A DNA stretch of 64,000 bases from an uncultured Clostridia bacterium (GCA_946615965.1 CAMOIC010000001.1:43198-107197); one strand, 5' to 3'. Counted from the stretch's first letter, positions 18,304 through 28,332 are shown. Numbers and translations are program-made. The notes: generated from the letters alone by a model not told the origin.

Positions 18304-19052
18304 TTTCCCTCGATAGCATGAGCCTTTTCATATTTTTTAACGCTACCGTGATATACTTCAACAATTTCGTCAATTTCTTTTCTAAGCTCTGCGTATTTTT
18401 GTTCAATCTTTTTAGTTGCTTTCATATTAACATCAGCAGATTTATCGTCGTAGAATTCTTCTAATGTAAATGGATTACCAACAATGAAATAATTCTTTCT
18501 GTACCATTTAGCACAACGATAATGCATCATTGGAACAATTGGAGACTTTGTCTTAATAGCAAACATTGCAGTACCCTCTTTAATTGGTCCCATTTCTTTT
18601 GTGTCTGCCTTATTTCTTGTTCCCTCTGGATAAATAATTAATTGTTCATCATTCTTTAAGGCTCTTAAAGCTCTTTTAGTTGCTCTAATATCTGCCTTAC
18701 CTCTATGAACTGGAATACCACCAATTTGGTCTAAGAATCTTGAAACAAATCCATCATCTCTCATTAATTCTTCTTTAAGAAGAACTCTAAAAGGTCTCTT
18801 TTCATAGAATGTTCTAATGATTGGATTTGTATCTAATCTGCAATAGTGGTTACATGTAACTATTGCTCTACCTTCAATATTAAATCTTTCTTTATAGAAA
18901 ACTTTAGTTGGCCATAAAACATACATTAATTTTTTTGCAACCCAAATAGCAATGGAATAGAAAAGACTGTTTTTATATCTTCTTTCTCCATCTTGTGGTT
19001 GTTTTGTTTCAATTGTTGCTAAATTATCTACTTGATCTACTACTTTGGCCAT
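18294..19052 (-). CDS. plsC: 1-acyl-sn-glycerol-3-phosphate acyltransferase
   Basis: HX4D motif NHYCRLD and YPEGTR motif. Its end overlaps the ispH start by 10 nt. Confidence 0.85.
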   Translation of the reverse strand: MAKVVDQVDNLATIETKQPQDGERRYKNSLFYSIAIWVAKKLMYVLWPTKVFYKERFNIEGRAIVTCNHYCRLDTNPIIRTFYEKRPFRVLLKEELMRDDGFVSRFLDQIGGIPVHRGKADIRATKRALRALKNDEQLIIYPEGTRNKADTKEMGPIKEGTAMFAIKTKSPIVPMMHYRCAKWYRKNYFIVGNPFTLEEFYDDKSADVNMKATKKIEQKYAELRKEIDEIVEVYHGSVKKYEKAHAIEGKCK

Positions 19053-19060
19053 AATTCCCT

Positions 19061-19714
19061 CTATTTAATATATGACATCATAAAATCTACCACTTCATCG
19101 ATACTTTTATCTGAACTATCTACTAAAATAGAATCTTCAGTTTGAATAAGTGGTGATTCTTTTCTTGTCGAATCGTTATAATCTCTATCTATTACATCTT
19201 TAAGAATTTGCTCATATGGCAATTCTTGTCCTTTTTGCTTTAGTTCTTCATATCTTCTTTGCGCTCTAATCTCTGGAGATGCAGTTAAGAAGAATTTGTA
19301 TTTTGCATTAGGTAAAACAACACTTGTTATATCTCTACCATCTAAAACAACGTCGCTTTCAGATGCGATTTTTCTTTGCATATTAACAAGGAAAACTCTT
19401 ACAGCCTTGATTTTTGATACATCAGAAGCTGCTTTTGAGATTTGATGTTCTCTAATTGCTAAAGATACATCTTCCCCATTTAGACATATATGTTTATCTA
19501 ATGCTGAACCTGTATAAGAAATGTTGATATTATCTAAAATTGATTCTACTGCAATTGGATCTGAAATAGACACATTATTTCTAATGCAATATAGAGCCAC
19601 TGTTCTATACATTGCACCTGTATCTAAATATGTAATATTTAATTTTTTAGCAAGAAGCTTACTAATTGTAGATTTTCCTGCTCCACTTGGTCCATCAATC
19701 GCAATATTTATCAT
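19061..19714 (-). CDS. cmk: cytidylate kinase
   Basis: 217 aa. P-loop IAIDGPSGAGKST. Classical cmk-(plsC)-rpsA context. Confidence 0.92.
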   Translation of the reverse strand: MINIAIDGPSGAGKSTISKLLAKKLNITYLDTGAMYRTVALYCIRNNVSISDPIAVESILDNINISYTGSALDKHICLNGEDVSLAIREHQISKAASDVSKIKAVRVFLVNMQRKIASESDVVLDGRDITSVVLPNAKYKFFLTASPEIRAQRRYEELKQKGQELPYEQILKDVIDRDYNDSTRKESPLIQTEDSILVDSSDKSIDEVVDFMMSYIK

Positions 19715-19766
19715 ATCAACCTCTAATTCATATATTATATATAAAATATATGATTAATTCAATTAA

Positions 19767-20993
19767 TTATTCTAGGCTTTTAGCAAGAGCAAAAGCTGTA
19801 GATAATGCAAGCTGTATATTAAATCCACCAGTCAATGCATCAATATCTAATACTTCCCCTATGAAATATAATCCTGGAACTAGTTTTGATTGCATATCTT
19901 TTGGATTAATATCCTTAACATTTACTCCACCAGATGTAATAATAGCCTGTTCTATATTGTCCATATTTTTAACATTAAATTTCATATTCTTTATTGTATT
20001 AATTAAAGCTTCTCTTTGTGCTTTAGTAATAGCATTTCCTTTAATGTTTTCACCTATTTTTGCTTGTTTTAGGTAGATAGGTATTAAAGACTTTGGCATA
20101 TAATCTGTAAGTATATTCTTTATATCCATATTAGATTTCATACCTAAATCCTTAATAAAACGAGCATCTAATGTATCGTGATCTAGTGCTGGTTTTAAAT
20201 CTATAGAAATAGATATTGATCTATTGAATTTTTTATTGACATAATACTTATTAATTTTTGAAGATAATGAAAGAATTACAGGGCCAGATACTCCATGGTG
20301 AGTAAATAACATTTCACCAAATTCAAATTCTTCTTCCTTGCCATTAACAATAGCGGACACTTGAACATTCTTTAGTGTTAATCCTGCAAGTCCTTCAACC
20401 CCATCAACTTGAAGGCCAATAAGACCTGGTCTTACATCAACAATTGAGTGTCCGAATTCTCTTGCCCATTTATATCCATCGCCTGTTGAACCAGTTGTTG
20501 GATATGAAACACCGCCTGTAGCAATTACTACTATATCTGAATCATAATCTGCTTTTTGTGTTGATACATGGAATAAATCGTTTTCTTTCTTAATAGAAAG
20601 AACGGTCTCTTCTAAATGTATAGAAACACCTGCTTGTTTTATAAATTTTTCAAAACATTTAATAATATCTGATGATTTATCTGATACAGGAAATACTCTA
20701 TTGCCCCTTTCAACTTTTAATGGGCATCCCATAGATTCAATGAAAGACATTGTATCTCTTGGCGAAAATTTAGATAATGCACCAATAGCAAATTTTGGGT
20801 TTGAAACAATATTGTTAATTAAATTTTCTCTATCTGAATCATTAGTAACATTACATCTACCCTTTCCTGTAATGTATAATTTCTTACCTAATTTCTCATT
20901 TTTTTCAATTAAAGTAACAGTATGGCCTTCTTGAGCAAGCAAACCACTTGAAAACATCCCAGCAGGACCGCCACCTATTACTATAATTCTCAT
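19767..20993 (-). CDS. NAD(P)/FAD-dependent oxidoreductase, HI0933/YhiN (BaiN-like) family
   Basis: 408 aa. VIGGGPAGM dinucleotide fold followed by GKKLYITGKGRCNVTN, which is characteristic of this family. Confidence 0.85.
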   Translation of the reverse strand: MRIIVIGGGPAGMFSSGLLAQEGHTVTLIEKNEKLGKKLYITGKGRCNVTNDSDRENLINNIVSNPKFAIGALSKFSPRDTMSFIESMGCPLKVERGNRVFPVSDKSSDIIKCFEKFIKQAGVSIHLEETVLSIKKENDLFHVSTQKADYDSDIVVIATGGVSYPTTGSTGDGYKWAREFGHSIVDVRPGLIGLQVDGVEGLAGLTLKNVQVSAIVNGKEEEFEFGEMLFTHHGVSGPVILSLSSKINKYYVNKKFNRSISISIDLKPALDHDTLDARFIKDLGMKSNMDIKNILTDYMPKSLIPIYLKQAKIGENIKGNAITKAQREALINTIKNMKFNVKNMDNIEQAIITSGGVNVKDINPKDMQSKLVPGLYFIGEVLDIDALTGGFNIQLALSTAFALAKSLE

Positions 20994-21739
20994 AGACTTA
21001 TATCAATATCCTTATATTTATTATATGATTCTAAATCGTTATATTCGTGTTTAACGAAAGAAACTGTTATATAACGTTCTTTATTATATTCAACATCAGA
21101 ATCTGCTTCGTTTTCTAAATCTGGAATAGGATCGCCCATAATGTGGTATCCTTTATCTTCTTCATATAAATAGTAGTCGTTATATCTAATCTCGCCTACT
21201 TTTGCGATTTTAACGCCTTTAATCTCTTCTCTATATCCTGGAATATTGATAGATAAAGAGATTCTATTCTTTTCATCTATCATAGAACAGAATAAATCTA
21301 AATTCTTAGCGATAAATTCTGCTGAATAATCATATGATTTTAAACCATATTTTTGAGATACAGCAATAGATTTAACTTTTGAGATAGCTCCTTCCATAGA
21401 AGCATTAACTGTTCCTGAATAAACATCATCTGTTCCAAGATTGTATCCATTATTAATACCAGATATTACAACATCTGGTTTTTCATTCTTTAGAATGACA
21501 TCCATTCCAAACTTTGTACAATCAGCAGGAGTACCATTTAAAATATAACTATCTACATCGTCTAAAAGGTCTAATTTTTCAAAATTCAAATAACCATAGA
21601 ATGTGATTGAGTGAGAAGTTCCAGACATTTGTCTTTCTGGAGCAATAATTGTAACCTCATGGTCCTTTTTTAACACCTTTGCAAGTGCCATAATACCAGG
21701 AGCATATATACCATCGTCATTAACTAATAATATTTTCAT
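20990..21739 (-). CDS. surE: 5'/3'-nucleotidase SurE
   Basis: 249 aa. The N-terminus MKILLVNDDGIYAPGI is typical of SurE. Confidence 0.9.
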   Translation of the reverse strand: MKILLVNDDGIYAPGIMALAKVLKKDHEVTIIAPERQMSGTSHSITFYGYLNFEKLDLLDDVDSYILNGTPADCTKFGMDVILKNEKPDVVISGINNGYNLGTDDVYSGTVNASMEGAISKVKSIAVSQKYGLKSYDYSAEFIAKNLDLFCSMIDEKNRISLSINIPGYREEIKGVKIAKVGEIRYNDYYLYEEDKGYHIMGDPIPDLENEADSDVEYNKERYITVSFVKHEYNDLESYNKYKDIDISL

Positions 21740-21776
21740 ATTATGTATTATAACATGCGAAAAATATATACAACAA

Positions 21777-22466
21777 TTAGAATTTAACAGTAGATAAAGC
21801 TATAAGACAAATGCCTACAAAATATAAGAAAGTATTTAGTTTTTGAAGTGCTGAATACTTATGAACTGAGAATAAATAAGAAGCTAAAACATAATCAGAT
21901 AGCATAAATAAGAATGAACCCATTCCAAGCATAATTGCCCAGTTTACGTCTATCAAGAAATACATTGTAATACCTAAACAACCATGGATAGATACGAAAG
22001 ATAAATAAGCTAGAGCTTTTAATCTCTTCTTTCCAAAATCAAATCTATCTGTGAAGTGTTCAAGTAATGCATAACCAATATTTAATCCAGCCCATACAAG
22101 TAAGAACCACCAATATGAATCAAAATGTATTCCATATGTTTCTAAAACGCAAATCTCATAAATAACTAATAGAATGTTACCTACAGAGAAAAAGGCTGCA
22201 CCAATCTCTAACGCAAAAAGCAATACTACATCACCAACGAACGTGAATAGCAATGCAAACATTAAAATAATGTCCCATGACATTGTTTCTCTATATAATC
22301 CAAAACCAATAAATGCGATAACTAAATAGCTAAATGCTAATAAAATCTTATTCCAGCCACGAATTTTGCTCTCGCCAAGCGATGTAGTATATAAATACCC
22401 TACAAACAACACAGCATAGATACAAAGCATAACAATAATCGCTACAGGCATAATTTCATTATACAT
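21777..22466 (-). CDS. polytopic integral membrane protein (possibly YhhN/lysoplasmalogenase-like; unverified)
   Basis: 229 aa with about 8 hydrophobic segments. The family guess rests on size and topology only. Confidence 0.5.
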   Translation of the reverse strand: MYNEIMPVAIIVMLCIYAVLFVGYLYTTSLGESKIRGWNKILLAFSYLVIAFIGFGLYRETMSWDIILMFALLFTFVGDVVLLFALEIGAAFFSVGNILLVIYEICVLETYGIHFDSYWWFLLVWAGLNIGYALLEHFTDRFDFGKKRLKALAYLSFVSIHGCLGITMYFLIDVNWAIMLGMGSFLFMLSDYVLASYLFSVHKYSALQKLNTFLYFVGICLIALSTVKF

Positions 22467-22471
22467 TCGTT

Positions 22472-22510
22472 AAATAAAAAATTAAAGAGGCCAAGACAAA
22501 ACTTGACCTC
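22472..22510 (-). terminator. rho-independent terminator of the decarboxylase operon
   Basis: Stem AGAGGCCAAG/CTTGACCTCT (one mismatch) at 22484-22510. On the minus strand it is followed by TAATTTTTTATTT. Confidence 0.7.
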
Positions 22511-22539
22511 TTATAATGCGTTTTAATTCAAATATTCAA

Positions 22540-23940
22540 TTAAACAGGTTGAATTCCCTTTTGTGTATCACCAAATTCTCTATCAATTCTGATATTGTTA
22601 GCTTGACGATACTTGAAGTAATTTAGAGCTACTTGTGGGAATAAAGCATAAGATAAAACGTCTTCATCTTGTTGGATGTATTCCTTGCATTCTTCTCTAT
22701 ACTTTTCAAGTTCTGGCTTTAATAGATCAGCTGGTCTACATGTAATGATGTCTGGGTTTTCACCTAAAGCAATCTTTACAACTTCTGGGTTTGTTGGAGC
22801 TGGTAATGTACCATATTCACCTCTTAATACACCCTTAGTTTCAGCTGTAACCATCTTATATCTTTCACCCATGATTACGTTAAATACAGCTTGTGTACCA
22901 ACGATTTGTGATGAAGGAGTAACAAGTGGTGGGTATCCAAGATCTTTACGAACATTTGGAACTTCTGCTAAAGCAGCATCGAACTTATCTAAAGCGTTCA
23001 TCTTCTTTAATTGACCAACTAAGTTAGATAACATACCACCTGGAACTTGGTAAATTAAAGCCTTAACGTCTGTAGCTAAAGACTTATCTGTTAACCAACC
23101 GTCTTTCTTTAATCTTTCAGCAACTTTCTTGAAGTGTTCTGTACATTCATTTAACTTATTGATATCAAGACCTGTGTCATATTGTGTACCTTGTAAAGTA
23201 GCAACCATAGATTCTGTAGCAGGTTGAGATGTACCATTTCCTAATGGAGATAAAGCACAGTCAATAATATCTACACCAGCTTCGATAGCCTTTAAGTATG
23301 TTAAGTTACCAATACCAGCTGTTTGGTGAGTATGTAAATGAACTAATGTAGATGGCTTTAATACGGCCTTTAATTCCTTTACAAGTTCATAAGCTGTATA
23401 TGGAAGTAAGATACCAGCCATATCCTTGATACAAATTGTATCAGCGCCCATATCTTCTAACTTCTTAGCTAAGTTAACGAAATATTCGTTTGTATGAACT
23501 GGAGATGTTGTATAAGAGAAAGCAGCTTCGCAGATACCGCCGTACTTCTTACAAGCCTTCATAGCTGATTCCATATTTCTTGGATCGTTTAAAGCGTCGA
23601 AGATACGAATGATATCAATACCGTTTTCAATTGATTTCTTAACGAATTCATCTACAACGTCATCTGCATAGTGCTTGTAACCTAAAAGGTTTTGAGCACG
23701 TAATAACATTTGTAATTTTGTATGAGGCATAGCCTTTCTTAACTTTCTTAATCTATCCCAAGGATCCTCGTTTAAGAATCTTAGGCATGCATCGAAAGTA
23801 GCACCACCCCAACATTCGATTGAATAGTATCCAATCTTATCTAATTTATCTGCAACTGGCAACATTTCATCAATACGCATTCTTGTAGCGGCTTGAGATT
23901 GATGTGCGTCACGTAATATAGTTTCTGTAATTTTAACCAT
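22540..23940 (-). CDS. oxaloacetate decarboxylase alpha / transcarboxylase 5S-type carboxyltransferase subunit (no biotin domain)
   Basis: 466 aa. TIM-barrel carboxyltransferase motifs ITETILRDAHQS and HLHTHQTAG. The protein ends without an AMKM biotinyl domain. Confidence 0.85.
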   Translation of the reverse strand: MVKITETILRDAHQSQAATRMRIDEMLPVADKLDKIGYYSIECWGGATFDACLRFLNEDPWDRLRKLRKAMPHTKLQMLLRAQNLLGYKHYADDVVDEFVKKSIENGIDIIRIFDALNDPRNMESAMKACKKYGGICEAAFSYTTSPVHTNEYFVNLAKKLEDMGADTICIKDMAGILLPYTAYELVKELKAVLKPSTLVHLHTHQTAGIGNLTYLKAIEAGVDIIDCALSPLGNGTSQPATESMVATLQGTQYDTGLDINKLNECTEHFKKVAERLKKDGWLTDKSLATDVKALIYQVPGGMLSNLVGQLKKMNALDKFDAALAEVPNVRKDLGYPPLVTPSSQIVGTQAVFNVIMGERYKMVTAETKGVLRGEYGTLPAPTNPEVVKIALGENPDIITCRPADLLKPELEKYREECKEYIQQDEDVLSYALFPQVALNYFKYRQANNIRIDREFGDTQKGIQPV

Positions 23941-23959
23941 TTTAATTTACCTCTCTTTA

Positions 23960-25189
23960 TTAAGCGAATACGGCAAGTAATACACCAGCAGCAACAGCTG
24001 AACCGATAACACCTGCAACGTTTGGACCCATAGCATGCATCAATAAGTAGTTATTTGGATTTTCTTCTTGACCAACATTATGAGCGATTCTGGCAGCCAT
24101 TGGAACGGCAGAAACACCAGCAGCACCGATAATTGGGTTGATCTTCTTTCCAGATAGAACATACATTAACTTACCAATTAATACACCACCTGCTGTACCG
24201 AAGCTGAATGCAACAACACCAATGAATAAGATTTCAAGTGTTTGAACACTTAGGAATACATCGGCTGTAGCCTTTGTACCAACTAATAAACCTAATAAAA
24301 TTGTAATAATGTTGATTAATTCGTTCTTAGCAGTATTTGCAAGTCTTGGAACAACGCCTGATTCCTTCATTAAGTTTCCTAACATTAACATACCTAATAG
24401 AGGTAATGCAGATGGAAGTAATACACCAACGATTGCAGTAACTGCAATTGGGAATACAACCTTTTCTGTCTTAGAAACTGTTCTTAATTGTTCCATAACA
24501 ACTAATCTTTCTTTATGTGTAGTTAAAGCCTTAATAATTGGTGGTTGAATAACCTTAATTAAAGCCATGTATGAGTAAGCAGCAACAGCAATAGCTGGAA
24601 GTAAATGAGCAGCAAGCTTTGTTGTTACATAAATAGCTGTAGGACCATCAGCACCACCGATGATACCGATAGCAGCTGCTTCTTCGCCTGTGAAACCGAT
24701 ATTAATAGCAACGATGAATGTTACGAAAATACCAAGTTGAGCTGCAGCACCCATAATTAAACTCTTTGGATTTGCAATAAGTGGACCAAAGTCTGTCATA
24801 GCGCCGATACCTAAGAAAATGATTGGTGGATAGATAACCCATTCAACACCTTTATATAGGTAGAAGAATAAGCCTTCTGTTCCTTCTTCGATTACTTTAG
24901 AACCGTGTGCGACAAGGAACTCACCTAATTCATTCACACGAGGAGTACCATATAAAGCTTGGTAAGCGCCAGGAATATTAATAATGAACATACCAAAACC
25001 AATAGCTAATAATAAGTTTGGTTCAAATTCTTTAGCAATAGCAAGGTAAATAAGAACACCAGCAATAGCCATCATGATTAAGTTTTGCCAAATTGGTGTC
25101 AAACTTGTCATGAAACCTGTTGATTCCCATAATGCCTTTAGAGATTCGCCTAAAGAAAATGATGGTATAGTTGAGAAAAAGCTAACCAT
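23960..25189 (-). CDS. Na+-translocating decarboxylase beta subunit (OadB/MmdB/GcdB family)
   Basis: 409 aa, polytopic, with conserved blocks such as IGIIGGADGPT and AMGPNVAGVIGSAVAAG. Confidence 0.88.
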   Translation of the reverse strand: MVSFFSTIPSFSLGESLKALWESTGFMTSLTPIWQNLIMMAIAGVLIYLAIAKEFEPNLLLAIGFGMFIINIPGAYQALYGTPRVNELGEFLVAHGSKVIEEGTEGLFFYLYKGVEWVIYPPIIFLGIGAMTDFGPLIANPKSLIMGAAAQLGIFVTFIVAINIGFTGEEAAAIGIIGGADGPTAIYVTTKLAAHLLPAIAVAAYSYMALIKVIQPPIIKALTTHKERLVVMEQLRTVSKTEKVVFPIAVTAIVGVLLPSALPLLGMLMLGNLMKESGVVPRLANTAKNELINIITILLGLLVGTKATADVFLSVQTLEILFIGVVAFSFGTAGGVLIGKLMYVLSGKKINPIIGAAGVSAVPMAARIAHNVGQEENPNNYLLMHAMGPNVAGVIGSAVAAGVLLAVFA

Positions 25190-25203
25190 TTATAGCCTCC
25201 TTA

Positions 25204-25560
25204 TTAAGCGATTGTAGCAATAACAGCGCCTGTATCTACGTTTGCGCCTTCTGATGTTGAATATGTAATTACACCTGCACTTGGAGCAGCGATTGGAGTA
25301 TCCATCTTCATAGCTTCAAGAATAACAATTGTGTCACCAGCCTTAACTTGTGTTCCGTTTGCAAAGCAAAGCTTCTTAACAAGACCAGGCATTTGTGTCT
25401 TAACTGGCTTACCATTTACTGCTGCAGCAACTGGAGCAGCTTTTACTACAGGAGCAGCAACTGGAGCTGCAACTGGAGCAGCTGATGTAGAACCATCAAC
25501 AACTTCTTCTACTTCAACGGCATATGCTTTGCCATTAACATTAATATTGAATTTACGCAT
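25204..25560 (-). CDS. biotin carboxyl carrier protein (MmdC/GcdC/1.3S-like)
   Basis: 118 aa. Ala/Pro linker AAPVAAPVAAPV and biotinylation motif EAMKM. Confidence 0.9.
   Translation of the reverse strand: MRKFNINVNGKAYAVEVEEVVDGSTSAAPVAAPVAAPVVKAAPVAAAVNGKPVKTQMPGLVKKLCFANGTQVKAGDTIVILEAMKMDTPIAAPSAGVITYSTSEGANVDTGAVIATIA
25434..25489 (-). repeat. short in-frame tandem repeat encoding the (AAPV)n linker of the BCCP
   Basis: GCAGCAACTGGAGC occurs at 25434 and 25464, and TGCAACTGGAGC at 25478 (plus strand). This is coding low complexity, not an independent element. Confidence 0.6.
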
Positions 25561-25584
25561 AATATATTTCTCCTAATTATTTAC

Positions 25585-26031
25585 TTATTTAATTTCTTTA
25601 ATAGATCTAACCTTGAATTTAACGTTAGATTTATATGTAGTAGCTGCTTGAGCATCATAATATGCCATAAGAGCTGCTGTAATAACTGCAACGATTTCGT
25701 CGTCTTCACTTGCTGTTTCATCTACTGGAGCATCAACCATTACTGGTACATCTTCTACTTTCTTTGATTTCTTGCTAACTTTTGCCTTTCCAACAAATTG
25801 GAAAACATATTTTAATACATTAACAAATAGAATTAATAAAGCAAGAACTAAGAATACAGTTCCAACACCTAGTAATGATACTTGTAATCCAATAGACAAT
25901 TTCTCGCCGAAAGAAGCTTCTCCGATATGTAAACTATCTGGTTCACCATAAGTTAATTCACATGCACCAAACATGCATACTGAAAGAATTATAAGTGATA
26001 CGGCGATTATAAGATTTCTTACTTTCTTCAT
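25585..26031 (-). CDS. OadG-family small membrane subunit (gamma/delta) with an extra N-terminal signal or lipoprotein-like segment
   Basis: 148 aa. Central TM LLGVGTVFLVLALLILFV and C-terminal DDEIVAVITAALMAY are typical of OadG/MmdD. The N-terminus has an additional hydrophobic segment ending FGAC. Confidence 0.7.
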   Translation of the reverse strand: MKKVRNLIIAVSLIILSVCMFGACELTYGEPDSLHIGEASFGEKLSIGLQVSLLGVGTVFLVLALLILFVNVLKYVFQFVGKAKVSKKSKKVEDVPVMVDAPVDETASEDDEIVAVITAALMAYYDAQAATTYKSNVKFKVRSIKEIK

Positions 26032-26044
26032 TGCTAAACCTCAA

Positions 26045-27433
26045 TTAAAGTCCTAAAAGCATTAATAAAGCTGATGCAATATATGGACGTAAGTTTGTTG
26101 CTTCGATAACGTTATCTACATAACCATCTTTAGCAGCATTTACTGGATTTAATTGCATATCTGCATACTTTTGAGAAACTTTTTGTAAGTTTTCTGTCTT
26201 CTTTTCAGCTTTTAATTGATCACACATCATAGCAACAGCAACTTCTTCAGATACTGGAGAAATCTTTGATTTTGATGTAGCAAGAGTATATCCAAATCCT
26301 AAAGACTTGCTCATTAAAGCTGTATATCCATAACCAATTGCATTACCGAAAGCAACACCGATCTTAGCGATTTCTGATGTAGCAACAGCAGCGATTAAGT
26401 TATATGACTTCTTTGCAATTCCTGATAACTCTGATTCTAAGTTAGTATCGATACCCTTTGTATCTACAAGAGTAATTAGAGGAATTTCGTTGTTATCTAG
26501 CTTCTTAACAAAGTTAGTAGCCTTTGTTAAACCATCAGATGTGATGTAATCACCCTTTGTAGCGATAAAACCAACTGTAATTCCGTTAACCTTAGCGATA
26601 GAACAATCAACATCTGCAGCATAGTCTGGGCAATATGAGATAATTGAATTCTTATCTGCGATAACCTTAACAGCTTCTACAGCATCCATTGATTCTAAGC
26701 TTGGATCTACTCTATTTGGATCATCTTCTTCGATGTTTGCATCTGTATCAGAGATAGCATCGATTAACTTTGTTAATTGAGATGATAAATCAGCTTCATC
26801 CTTATATGTGAAATGAGCTAAATCAGATTTAGCCTTATAAGCCTTAAAGCCTAATTGTTCTTTATAATCAACTGGGAAATTCTTTAAACCAGAAACAAGG
26901 TACATTGGAGAGTTAACTGACATAACTGCATCCTTTGACATAAATACGAAATCTGCACTTGCAACAAATGAAGACATTAAACCAACGCTTACACCCTTAA
27001 CTACGCAGATATGAGGAACATAACCATTTAGTTCTGTGCTTGCAGCGATAATCTTCGCATAACCTTCCATTACAGAAGCACCTTCTCCAACTCTAGCACC
27101 ACAGCTGTCGATAATAGATACTAAAGGAGTTTTTGAATTAACAGCTCTTGAGATGCACTTGTTAATCTTTTCAGCATGTGCAGCACTTAAGCTTCCCTTT
27201 AATACTTCAGCATTTTGTGCAAAAATTTGAATTGGATTTCCATTAATTGTAGCGTAACCTGTTACTACGCCTTCTCCTAAAGCCTCAGTAGCATCATCAA
27301 AACACTTTCCTGCCATGAAGACATCTGTTTCAACGAAACTGCCTTGGTCAACTAAAGAATTGATAAAGTTCTTTGTCTTTTCTGTAGCTTTATCTACTTT
27401 AGCGATATTAGCTAGAAGATCTTTATTTTCCAT
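26045..27433 (-). CDS. acyl-CoA carboxyltransferase subunit (MmdA/GcdA/PccB superfamily), short and divergent
   Basis: 462 aa. Blocks GEGVVTGYATINGNPIQIFAQN, IIDSCGARVGEG (compare DSGGAR) and a second crotonase-like half (VNGITVGFIATKG...LITLVDTKG). Confidence 0.75.
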   Translation of the reverse strand: MENKDLLANIAKVDKATEKTKNFINSLVDQGSFVETDVFMAGKCFDDATEALGEGVVTGYATINGNPIQIFAQNAEVLKGSLSAAHAEKINKCISRAVNSKTPLVSIIDSCGARVGEGASVMEGYAKIIAASTELNGYVPHICVVKGVSVGLMSSFVASADFVFMSKDAVMSVNSPMYLVSGLKNFPVDYKEQLGFKAYKAKSDLAHFTYKDEADLSSQLTKLIDAISDTDANIEEDDPNRVDPSLESMDAVEAVKVIADKNSIISYCPDYAADVDCSIAKVNGITVGFIATKGDYITSDGLTKATNFVKKLDNNEIPLITLVDTKGIDTNLESELSGIAKKSYNLIAAVATSEIAKIGVAFGNAIGYGYTALMSKSLGFGYTLATSKSKISPVSEEVAVAMMCDQLKAEKKTENLQKVSQKYADMQLNPVNAAKDGYVDNVIEATNLRPYIASALLMLLGL

Positions 27434-27481
27434 TTATAGAAACCTCCAAAAAATTTTTCAAAAATAACATAACAATTTACT

Positions 27482-27503
27482 ATCTATGTAATAAATCATA
27501 GAT
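27482..27503. promoter_or_regulatory. 7-bp inverted repeat ATCTATG-N8-CATAGAT directly downstream of the operon's -10 box (candidate operator)
   Basis: Read directly from the sequence. It abuts the TATAAT box at 27504-27509. Confidence 0.35.
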
Positions 27504-27532
27504 ATTATATAGACTGACTCTTTAAAAGGCAA
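27504..27532 (-). promoter_or_regulatory. sigma-A-like promoter of the decarboxylase operon
   Basis: The minus strand reads TTGCCT (27532-27527), a 17-nt spacer, then TATAAT (27509-27504). Confidence 0.55.
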
Positions 27533-27603
27533 ACAATTTGTTAAAAAATTATCAATAAAAAATTAATAGAAAATTAATCGCTAAATTATAGAAAATTTTT
27601 GGA

Positions 27604-28332
27604 TTATAGGCGCTTTAAATACTCAATTTCAGCATCATTTAGATATCTATATTTTCCTCTAGCAAGGCCACCTAATCTTAAATCACCTATTGATACACGC
27701 TTTAAGAAAATAACTTCTTCGCCTACGGCTTCAAACATCTTACGAATTTGTCTATTCTTACCTTCATGAATTGTAACTTCGAATCTTGATGTATCATCTT
27801 CGAATCCAACAAGTTTAACCTTTGCTCTATCTGTTTTAACCTTATTACCATTACCATCATCGATAATAACGCCTTTTCTTAGTTGAGCAAGCTTATGTTC
27901 AAGAACTTGTCCATTTACCTTAACAATATACGTTTTTGGAACTTCATGAGATGGGTGTGTTAAATCATGAACTAAATCGCCATCATTTGTTAATAACAAA
28001 AGACCTTCAGTATCATAGTCCAATCTACCTACAGGTACTAAATGAGGAATAGATAAATCTTGTAGATAGTCATAAACTGTTTTTCTACCCATTTCATCGG
28101 ATACTGTAGTTACACATCCCTTTGGCTTGTATAGCATAACATATGAGAAATTATTAATTGGAGTAACAATGATACCATCAACAGAAACTTTATCTATATC
28201 TGGATTAACTAAAACGCCAAGTTGATCAACAGGCTTATTGTTGATTTTTACGTGACCTTCCTCTATTAGCTTATCTGCTCCTCTTCTAGAAGCTACACCA
28301 CATGATGCAAGATATTTATTTAATCTTTCCAT
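27604..28332 (-). CDS. rluB: pseudouridine synthase, RsuA/RluB family
   Basis: 242 aa. S4 domain RLNKYLASCGVASRR and catalytic VGRLDYDTEGLLLLTNDG. Confidence 0.88.
   Translation of the reverse strand: MERLNKYLASCGVASRRGADKLIEEGHVKINNKPVDQLGVLVNPDIDKVSVDGIIVTPINNFSYVMLYKPKGCVTTVSDEMGRKTVYDYLQDLSIPHLVPVGRLDYDTEGLLLLTNDGDLVHDLTHPSHEVPKTYIVKVNGQVLEHKLAQLRKGVIIDDGNGNKVKTDRAKVKLVGFEDDTSRFEVTIHEGKNRQIRKMFEAVGEEVIFLKRVSIGDLRLGGLARGKYRYLNDAEIEYLKRL

Noticed and set aside
25434-25489. Tandem GCAACTGGAGC repeats, considered as a VNTR or independent repeat element.
   Set aside because: The repeats are in frame and encode the Ala/Pro linker that is normal for biotin carrier proteins.
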